Shown here one piece after another: positions 54,530-64,000 of a DNA stretch of 64,000 nucleotides. Numbering within the stretch: position 1 is the first letter of the stretch; each line of letters starts with the position of its first letter. Both the position numbers and the translations under genes were made by a program. The DNA is taken from contig OZ024743.1 of NCBI GenBank assembly GCA_964016885.1, forward strand, positions 305,908,001 to 305,972,000. The letters run 5' to 3'. The DNA comes from Eledone cirrhosa (Eukaryota). The notes below the pieces were generated by a model. The model was given only the letters and a program-made list of their open reading frames with translations. It ran no database searches and was not told the origin of the DNA.

Positions 54530-54975
54530 AAGTTGAAAATAAATTTATAATCTAGTTGACATGTATACATAAACAGGGTGTTAGATACATATAAGAATAT
54601 GAAGGCACGCGTATAAACACACATACACGCGCGATTACTTATATGTGGAAGATAAAGAGGTAAGGGAGTGTAATAGTTAAAAGAAAGTGTCATTCTCGAT
54701 ATATTTATACAATTGGAACAATATTTAAATGAAAGAGAAAGTAGTTAATTAACACTAGAGAAGAGAAAAGAAAAGGAAAGAAAACAAACAAGGTACACGC
54801 ATACATACACATATATCTATGAGAAACATATATCTATAAAAAAATATATACATATACACAGAATACGTGCAGACAAAAGCGTATGCAAGCGTACATACAC
54901 ACACAGGATGCACATATATACATACATACATATCGCCCCATGTATTTCTAATCACACGTACGTACGCGACTGTAT

Positions 54976-55045
<70 letters not shown>

Positions 55046-55719
55046 GCACACATACACACCCATACATACAATACATATATACACACGTACACACATATAT
55101 ACATTCACGTACATTGACCCGCTTACAAGCACACACATAAAAATAAGAATGTAAAAAAATATAGATGTAAAAACACAGATATAAAAACACACATACATAC
55201 ACATACATATACACACGCACGCACGCGCACATACGGAGGCGTTCGTGTACATATACAGAAAGTATACACACATAAAGACGCTCAGACACATAGATACTCT
55301 CTGTAAAGCAGCCTTATGAATAAGTCAGTACAAATATAAAAATATAAAATTGGCTGCGAAATTACAGAAAATATCTGAAGCGGAAAACGCAAGTGACTAG
55401 TGTAAGCAGGTAGTAAAGAAAATAGGGAAGTAAAAAGTGGAAAGTGAAGATATTAGGTAAGTGAATCGAAGAATAAAGGGGGGGGGGGTTACTGGTGGAT
55501 ATGAAGTAAAAATAAAAATAAAAATAAAATTAATAATAAGGTTAAAAAAGTAAATCAGAAATAGTAGTCTTTAAAGAGAATAATTTAAGTGAAGAATAAG
55601 AGCTTATGGAGGATAAGTATCTGAAAGTGTGTTAAGTTTATATGAGCTGGAAAGCAAGTGTGATTTCATGTGTGGGCAACTGGTGAAAATTTCTGTCTTT
55701 GTATTTCTGTCTTTGTATT

Positions 55720-55720
<1 letters not shown>
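54530..55720 (-). mobile_element. third segment of the Naiad family: end of EN ORF plus 3' UTR
   Basis: [32 protein letters not shown] matches the end of ORF 47422; the UTR is colinear. Confidence 0.87.
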
Positions 55721-55750
<30 letters not shown>

Positions 55751-55811
55751 GTATATGTATATATGTGTATATGTATGCATATGTATATATATATGTATAT
55801 GAGTGTATATA

Positions 55812-55874
<63 letters not shown>

Positions 55875-56329
55875 GTGTGTGTGTATGTGAATGTGTCTGT
55901 TGACACCTGGAATATAGCTTAAGAGAAACAGGATAATAATGATATCATAGGCACCCAATTTTTGAACTGGTTTATAGAATTCTTTTGGCCTTTGTCACTC
56001 TAAGTAGAGCTTTAAAGAAATAGCTTTTAAAGAATTTCCCTTTTCTTTAAAGCCATCATCCATGACCGACCCCTAACCATCTTATAGACACCTGAAATAT
56101 AGGCATTGTTAGCCTAAGAGAAACTTAAAAATAAGGAGTGGCTCCCCATCTGAACTTGTTTATATAATTCTTTCTGCCTTTATCACTCTAAATATAAATT
56201 ATAGCCTTAAAGAATGAGCTTTTAATGAATTCCCTTTTCTTTCAACCAATGACCTCCACCCATCCCACTCCCCACCCTCTCCTACCACCTGAAAAGACAT
56301 AAATAACACAACATTTATTTTGGAAAGCC

Positions 56330-56380
56330 AGATTCCTGATGATTTCTAAAGTATGAAACAGTTCTAGTCCTGTAGAATCT
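56330..56380 (+). ncRNA. type I hammerhead at the end of a non-coding element, before (TA)n
   Basis: AGATTC-CTGATGA-(weak stem II)-GAAA-CAG..CTG-TA-GAATCT. Confidence 0.72.
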
Positions 56381-56468
56381 CATCTATATATATATATATA
56401 TATAAATGAAGTAATTCCGTCGGAAAGGTCCAGGAAAACAGAGTACTTTATGTAGGTTACAGAGCTTA

Positions 56469-56700
56469 ATAGTTATGTAATAAACAACATAATATATTTA
56501 TTTCATTTACCAGTGGTTTCTTGAAAGCAAACAAATCTGCTTTCAGTCATCCGAATGAAAAAATCCTGGTCTTTTTATTGAATGTGGATTTGATTCAATA
56601 AAAATACCAGGATTTTTTCATTCTGATGACTGAAAGCAGATTTGTTTACATTCAAGAAACCACTGGTAAATGAAATAATTATTTTATGTTGTTTATTACA

Positions 56701-56707
<7 letters not shown>
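56469..56707. repeat. about 240-bp palindrome with a family B hammerhead in each arm
   Basis: Apex ATTGAAT-GTGGATTTG-ATTCAAT; the left-arm core reads CGGATGA on the minus strand. Confidence 0.92.
56616..56675 (+). ncRNA. type I hammerhead, family B, intact core
   Basis: TTTCATT-CTGATGA-CTGAA..TTCAA-GAAA-CCACTGG-TA-AATGAAA. Confidence 0.85.
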
Positions 56708-56785
<78 letters not shown>

Positions 56786-57011
56786 TATATATATATATAA
56801 TGTATATATATATATAATGTATATATATATATGTATATAGATATAGATAGGTAAATATACACGGGTGTGTATGATTGTGTATAGAAGATTATATTAATAA
56901 GAGGAATTCCAACTTTGTCTGATTTACTCGTTTTATTTACAATCCTTTAAAATATATATAATGGTATTATAATGAAATAGTATGATAGAATATTAAATTC
57001 TAAGTGTTAAT

Positions 57012-57050
57012 TGAACAAGTACTTTCATGCTTTCGCAATCTTCAGGTTCA
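57012..57050 (-). ncRNA. minimal (39-nt) type I hammerhead
   Basis: TGAAC-CTGAAGA-TTGC-GAAA-GCAT-GAAA-GTAC-TT-GTTCA; palindromic stem III and GNRA loop 2. Confidence 0.85.
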
Positions 57051-57128
57051 TGATATGTGGTGACAGTCGAGTTTGCAATTTTCAACTGTGTATATGTATA
57101 TATATATATAATGTATAGGAACAGTATG

Positions 57129-57224
57129 ACCCCGACGGCAGAGCTCGAGCCGTTTCGACGGCTAATTCTGGACTAAATAAGAATTTTTAGCCTGGTAAAT
57201 AGATAGCCGAACTTCTCAGGGGGT
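57129..57224 (-). ncRNA. hammerhead-like motif with altered core (CTGAGAA) at the end of a 1.2-kb non-coding insert
   Basis: ACCCC-CTGAGAA-G..CGGCTA..TAGCCGTC-GAAA-CGGC..GCCG-TC-GGGGT. Confidence 0.55.
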
Positions 57225-58342
57225 AATTCCTTATATGGGAAGATAGTAATTGTCAAAAGGATTGGTAAAAAATTTGTTGTAAAGACAGATGATTCTATCA
57301 TGGAATTTGGTGAGAGGTAGGGGTAGCTGAACTTGCCGGTAGAACAAAGAGGGAGTGGGGGAAACCCAGTCAAGCGTAGAAAGTGAAATCTATACAGCAG
57401 ATTCTAAGGATAGTGTTTAGAAAGTCGAAAAAAGTGTACTGGAGAAGGGGAGGGGGTGTTGAAAGAATAGGTAAATCGAAAGGGAGTAAACAAAAAAAAA
57501 ACATTATAAAAATAAGGAAATAAATATATTTAAAAAAATGTCTGGTTACTACTCCATCTCCACAATCACCAAATCTCTCATTGGTATTGCTAAGCTATAG
57601 AAAAGTTTAATAGGTGGACAAAAATACTAAATACGAGATGGTAGTGAAAGAATTTTATAAAGCCGGCTTTACAGGGGTTCTAACACCACTGCTATAGTTA
57701 GTTAGTAATCAGCCAATGCTATCTTACAATGACAGGTTAATAAGTTGAGAACAAAAATACTAAAATACTGCTACAAAAATACTAATACGAAATATTAATT
57801 CAGAATACTAATACAGAAATACTAATACAAGAATACTAATACAAAAATACCACTAAGAAATTTAGAAATCACAGAAATGGAGCAGCAACCAAAAATAAAA
57901 CAATTTACTGGGGTCTAACACATCTGCTATAAAAAGCGTAATCGGCCAATACTATCTTAAAATTAGTGGGGGTGGGGGTACTGAGGCTACAGAGGACCGA
58001 TGGGCTGCATCGGGGTAGGCGAAAAGGTGAAAAAAAGACAAGGAATGAGATCTGGGGTGGAAGGACTAGGAAGAGATGGGGGGAAGAAGGAAATATAGGG
58101 GAAAAGATAAAAAAAAGTAACGTCTACCTTTGTAAGCAGGGGTTAACCATTACAAAATCGGCAAGTGGGGTATTTCAGCCTCTGTCCCGGACCCCCCCCC
58201 CCCCCAACCCCACCGGGTCATTTTGGGGTTTGAGGGCGAGGTAAGTCCTACGCAATCTGTGTTTCCATGCAGTTACCAGTTCGTCTTTCTTGTTTAGGAG
58301 TTGGTCCTTCGAAAACAATATATATATATATATATATTTATA

Positions 58343-58495
<153 letters not shown>

Positions 58496-58633
58496 AGTTT
58501 GATAATTTATATAGCTTCGTTAAATTAACAATATTCTGAAAATATTTTCAATGTTGAAAATTTTTGAATCCACAAATTATTCCAACCTCACAACTTGGAA
58601 ATAAAATTTTCAACATCCTTCGTGATGCATATT

Positions 58634-58802
58634 TGCTTTCAGTCATGCGAATGAAAAAATCCTAGTGTTTTTATTGAATGTGGAATTATTCAATAAAAAC
58701 ACCAGGATTTTTTCATTCTGATGTCTGAAATTAGATTTGTTTGCATTCAAGAAAGCACTGGTAAATGAAATAATTATCTTATGTTGTTTATTACATAACT
58801 AT
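58634..58802. repeat. second, left-truncated copy of the family B palindrome
   Basis: Same apex ATTGAATGTGGAATTATTCAAT; cores mutated (CTGATGT and CGCATGA). Confidence 0.85.
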
Positions 58803-58813
58803 ATATATATATA

Positions 58814-58858
<45 letters not shown>

Positions 58859-58914
58859 GTATATATATAATGTATATATATATATATATATAATGTATAT
58901 ATATATATTTATAT

Positions 58915-60028
58915 ATATTTATTAAAATAACAGATTAAAGTTTAAGCAAAGAATCGCTGCTTTCACCCTTAACGGGATCTTCTGAAACTAACAAAGTCAA
59001 TCTGTAAACGCAGAACTGGATATTTCAAAAAACGTTGCAACCGGAGGATAACAGGAAGACGATACTTTGGTTCGTGGAAACGTTCGCTGGCAAAGAACGG
59101 GAAAAAACGAATAAGATACGTTATTAATAGGAGCGGTGAAAAACAATTACGCGCAAAGACAAAACCACGTTTATGGTATAAAAGAGGTCGTAGACTAATG
59201 TTCTCTTAGGTGCTTCATAGAGACGTTCTCTGGCAATGAACGAAAAAAACGAAGATAATACGTCATATGAGGAGCGTGGAGAACAATAGCACGCAAAGAC
59301 AAAACCACGTAAATGGTATAGCAGAAGTCGTAGATTAAAATTCTAACTAGGAGACCGAATGAATCTCCGCTACAGAGTTAAGAACAAAGTAAATAAATAC
59401 AATACAGAAGTAATAGAAATAAATAAATACATACACGCAAACAAAAACGTACATACACAAGCATACGCAAAACACTTAATGCTTGTGTATGTACGTTTTT
59501 GTTTGCGTGTATGTATTTATTTATTTCTATTACTTCTGTATTGTATTTATTTACTTTGTTCTTAACTCTGTAGCGGAGAATCATTCGGTCTCCTAGTTAG
59601 AATTTTAGTCTACGACTTCCGCTATACCATTTACGTGGTTTTGTCTTTGCGTGCTATTGTTCTCTACGCTCCTCATATGACGTATTATCTTCGTTTTTTT
59701 CGTTCATTGCCAGAGAACGTCTCTATGAACCACCTAAGAGAACAATAGTCTACGACCTCTTTTATACCATGAACGTGGTTCTGTGTTTGCGCGTAATTGT
59801 TTTTCACCGCTCCTATTATTAACGTATCTTATTCGTTTTTTCCCGTTCTTTGCCAGCGAACGTTACCACGAACCAAAGTATCGTTTTCCTGTCATCCTCC
59901 GGTTGCAACGTTTTTTGAAATATCCACTTCTGTGTTTACAGATTGACTTTGTTAGTTTCAAAAGATCCCGTTAAGGGTGAAAGCAGCGATTCTTTGCTTA
60001 AACTTTAATCTGTTATTTTAATAAATAT
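58915..60028. repeat. 1.1-kb palindrome (two 550-bp arms, 14-nt spacer 59465-59478) in (TA)n; each arm has a 143-bp tandem duplication and a distal hammerhead
   Basis: Mirror ORFs 59359+ and 59584-; ACGTTCKCTGGCAA units near 59080 and 59223. Confidence 0.96.
58939..58989 (-). ncRNA. hammerhead, U4A variant; mirror copy 59954-60004 (+) reads CAAAAGA
   Basis: Same fold as 32590-32640. Confidence 0.7.
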
Positions 60029-60138
60029 TTGCTCTACGGTTCTTATATATTTGATATATATTTATCCTTATCGAGCCCTCTTTGGATTTTAGTCTTCAAA
60101 TTTATTATTATTACTATATTTATATATATATATTTATA

Positions 60139-60225
<87 letters not shown>

Positions 60226-60257
60226 CATATATATATACATTATATATATATATATAC

Positions 60258-60436
60258 ATTGGCAGTATCGGTAGAGGTTCGGACGCCATGCTTTGACGCA
60301 TAGAGTTACGGCCCTTGCCATTCTAAGTTCAAATCCCGCCGAGGTTAACTTTGCCTTTCATCCTTTCGGGGTCGATAAAATAAAGTACCAGTAATGTACT
60401 GGGTAATTTCTGGCCTTGTGCCAATAGTAGAAACAA
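60258..60436 (+). mobile_element. tRNA-derived SINE
   Basis: A/B boxes and conserved body. Confidence 0.9.
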
Positions 60437-60525
60437 TTATATATATATATATACATATATATTATATATATATATACATTATATATATATATATACATTA
60501 TATATGTATATACATTATATATTGT

Positions 60526-60700
60526 GGTGGATTGGCAGTATCGGTAGAGGGTCAGACACCATGCTTTCTGACATAGTTATGTCCCTTTATGATCTGAGTT
60601 CAAATCCCGCCGAGGTTAACTTTGCCTTTCATACTTACGGGGTCGATAAAATAAAGTACCATTTATGTACTGGGTAATTGCTGGGCTTATGCCAAAAAGT
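60526..60700 (+). mobile_element. tRNA-derived SINE
   Basis: A/B boxes and conserved body. Confidence 0.9.
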
Positions 60701-61114
60701 ATATTATATATATATATATATATACATTATATATATATATACATTATATATATATATAATGTATATATATATATCTATATACATTATATATATATACATT
60801 ATATATATATATAATGTATTTATATATATACATTATATATATATATATAATGTATAGATATATACATTATATATATATATATACATTATATATATATATA
60901 TATAATGTATATATATATATAATATATATATATAATGTATATATATATATATGTATATATGTAATGTATATATATATATATATATATAATGTAGGAGGTG
61001 AGTTTTATTGTAGCACAATAAAGCAATGCAAATATCGGTTAAGTAGCACTCTACACTTTGTAGGACTGGAGTATAAATAATATAAGATCAAAAGATGGTT
61101 AAAAGAGTTCCAAG

Positions 61115-61185
61115 TATTTTATTATGCGCATTTCAAAAACAAATATCATCCTGGGATGATATCTGCGTTCTCATCAGATAAAATA
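61115..61185 (-). ncRNA. type I hammerhead, canonical core
   Basis: TATTTTAT-CTGATGA-GAACGCAGATATCATCC-CA-GGATGATATTTGTTTTT-GAAA-TGCGCA-TA-ATAAAATA. Confidence 0.9.
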
Positions 61186-62335
61186 GGGAGACATGATATG
61201 AAGCTTAAAAAGCACTTGTGAGCAGTGAAGTTTTAAATCAACATATGAAAAATATATTAAGATGGATGTATGAGATTGGGAAAAAGTGAGGGGGGTTGGA
61301 AAAGGTAAGGAAGAGGAAGAAATAAGAATAAAGGATGGTGGGAGAGGAGTATAAGATGGAATGATGAGAGAGGAGGAGAGATGGGTGATAGAGAGAGAGA
61401 GATAGCCTTTACAACTGAGTAAAAATATTGTCCCACAGAGAGAAATTAAAAAGCCGTTGGAAGATAATAGATAATTTAAAAGATTTTTAAATAAAAATTA
61501 ATGAGGTTTATGCATGAATAAAAATGAATTAAGAATAGCATTAAATTAAGGTTTGTATATTGAAGGGTCTAATAATATGTGCGAATAAAAGAATTTATTA
61601 ATATGTACTATTAAAATTAAAATATTAATGATATTAAGGATATAATGTGAAAAGAAGGAGAATAAATGAGTTATGAATTTAAGGGAATTAGTTAGGGTTT
61701 TTTTTTGTTTTTTTTTGTATTGTAATATGTATACGTAAATAATATGTTTAAAATGAGCGCGGAAGGAGAGAAGAAAAAAGAATGTTTAAGGAAGAAAATA
61801 TCTAACATCAAAAAGTATATATGTTTACGAAATATTTTCTAATGGTAATATTATAATATATTAAAAGAAATTAGTTAGGGTTTAAGTTTGTTTTTATGTA
61901 TTGTAATATGTAAAAGTAAAATTATGTAGTGGGTTTAAAACGAGCATGAAAGGATAGAAGAGATAAGAAAAATTTAAGCAAGAAAAAAATCTAACGTCAA
62001 AAAGTTTATATGTTTACGAAGGACTTCTAATGATAATATTATAATGTATTAAAAAAATAATTTTTATGGCCAATGATATGAGGAAAGATGGAAGAATGGA
62101 TAATGTTGTGGTGAGTAATAATATTAATTGAGATGTAGTTGGGAAGAAAAAGTACAGATTAGAGATTAGAAATTAAAAAGAAGAAAGGAAAATAATAAAG
62201 AAGAATGACATAGAATGAGTGAATTGTATTATATAACATATAATACTGAAATAAGGTAGAAAGATGGGTATATTTGTAAAAGATATATAAGCCTTTGAGA
62301 AAAAAAGGATTTTAAACTAGTAAGGTATTGAGATA

Positions 62336-64000
62336 TTAGCTGTATACTTTATGGAATGTTGTATGGAATTTATGCAAGCAGAGCGAAAATAAATCTGCGC
62401 GTCTATTTATTATAGAATTGAAATTAGATATAATGGTAAATTTCTCGGCTAGGCAGAGATTACATGTTCTTTATAGGGAAGAATTCAGGTAAGGAAAGGC
62501 GAAACAAACCTTCCTCCAAGAGATGTTATAGTTAATATTTTTGTCTTTCAAGGACCATATGAGTTCCGAGAGTGCCGTGTTAGTTCTTTTAAGTTGGTAT
62601 CTAAAAGACGATTTGTGATTATAAAATCTAGCTTTGAAGGAAGTGGAACCTAAATAGGTAAAAGAATTAGTATCAGTTATAACCTTACATTCATAGACTG
62701 AATTTTTATCAAGACAATTGTTATTAAGAGGACATTTAGTTTTAATATGGCAATTACAATTACGATTAGAGAAATTAACAGAGTTTATTTACAAGTGACC
62801 CAGTATTATTTATAGAAGGAATTGGATTGGAGAAGTTATTTACGATAGGAACAATAGTTTCCTGATTTAGATTGGTATTATGAACATTCAACGAAGTTAC
62901 GTTTGACGTCGTATTTAAATTTACAGAATCTAGCCTAGAGTTAACAATGACGTCGGGTATACTACTGCTATTATTATGACGCTCAGTGTTGGAAGGATGT
63001 CATTTATTATTTAATATGTTATTATTGTGTTTAGAGATAATGTTAGAGATGTTGGAAGTGGTGGAATAAGAACATTTTATTGTATGTTTGTTAAAGATTT
63101 TACTATAGATATGTGAGGGAGGGAAGCATTTATCTAAGGCCCTAAAGAATAGTTTAGGAATATTATTATTAATAAATATAGAAAAAGGAGCATTATACCA
63201 AATTATATTTTTGTATCTAGGTCTTTTTTTAAAGTTATTGGAATGTTCATAATTAATTATTTTGCTATAAGACCTTCGAGGATTGGTTTCCTTACTGTAT
63301 TTAATTTTATCAGGATAACCGGCTTTAGAAAGCGCATTATTATAGTAATTTCAATATTACTGACTATAGCATTTTTAATGTTAGTGGGGTGGTTAGATTT
63401 AAAATTAACATAATTTAGATTCTCATTGTTTTTATGGTAAGGATAGGCCAGTGTCAAGATTAAGGGATATATCCAAGAAGTTAGCTAGTTTGACGTTGCT
63501 ATCAAATTCAATTTTAAGGTTATGGTGCTTAAAGAGATCACATATATTGTTCTTAATAATATTAAGGTTAACTAAGTTGCAGTTTAAGATAGTAAAAAGG
63601 CCATCGTCACGATAAATTCCACCGCGAAGTTGAGGAATTTTCCGATTTAAAGAATTCAAAATATAAATACCAATCAAATCAGTCAATTGCGATGAATCGG
63701 AAGCACTCATTATGATATCAAATTTGTTGGAAGTATCGGCTCTCGTCCAATATTCATTGTTGAATTCTAAGATAGTTTTTCTTGCGGTGAGAATGATGTA
63801 AAATTCATCTGTGGTAATGTCAGAATATTTAAATGCGAAAGATAGAGCGTTGTTGAGAAGTGAAGGCGAAATAGAAGAATAGTAGCTGGCAATATCAAAT
63901 TTAATAAATTTTTGTTTGTTTTTCTTATTCAGGTTGTTGAACCAGCCAATTACTTCAGATGTACCAATCCATAAATTTAAGTTAGAAATAGAGCAATTAG
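62336..64000 (-). pseudogene. Penelope-like RT plus zinc finger plus GIY-YIG endonuclease
   Basis: FIKFDIASYY, GGIYRDDGL, NFLDISLNL, SNHP, CNCHIKTKCPLNNNC, VY..YLGST, CNLCLAEK. Confidence 0.88.

Larger units (their letters stand above)
60990..64000 (-). mobile_element. second Naiad-type Penelope-like element (decayed), continuing beyond the window
   Basis: RT-GIY-YIG ORF remnants, about 1.3-kb 3' UTR with a terminal hammerhead, (TA)-rich target. Confidence 0.88.

Overview
Repeat-dominated, AT-rich eukaryotic DNA; the SINE/RTE/Penelope content suggests an invertebrate, probably a cephalopod mollusc (inference). 1-10.6 kb is a 46-bp satellite organised as 71-mer/49-mer/71-mer higher-order repeats. 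Its degenerate edge (10.3-15.3 kb) has been hit by a Tx1-clade LINE, a hAT MITE and an RTE fragment. The rest holds one intact RTE LINE with three C-terminal C2H2 fingers, a non-autonomous derivative of it, several decayed RTEs, tRNA-derived SINEs, a Helitron nest, a foldback-like element and two Penelope-like elements (PLEs) of Naiad type. The only clear host-gene signal is a MAM-domain exon at about 30.1 kb. The most striking structure is a set of about 17 type I hammerhead ribozyme (HHR) motifs, intact or degenerate, from roughly ten unrelated sequence families. Nearly all lie in short non-coding elements embedded in (TA)n tracts, and many of those elements are fold-back palindromes up to 1.1 kb long. 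Two of the hammerheads mark the 3' ends of the Naiad PLEs, pointing to a PLE-mobilised population of ribozyme-bearing hairpin elements. All folds and alignments were read by eye; nothing was computed or searched.
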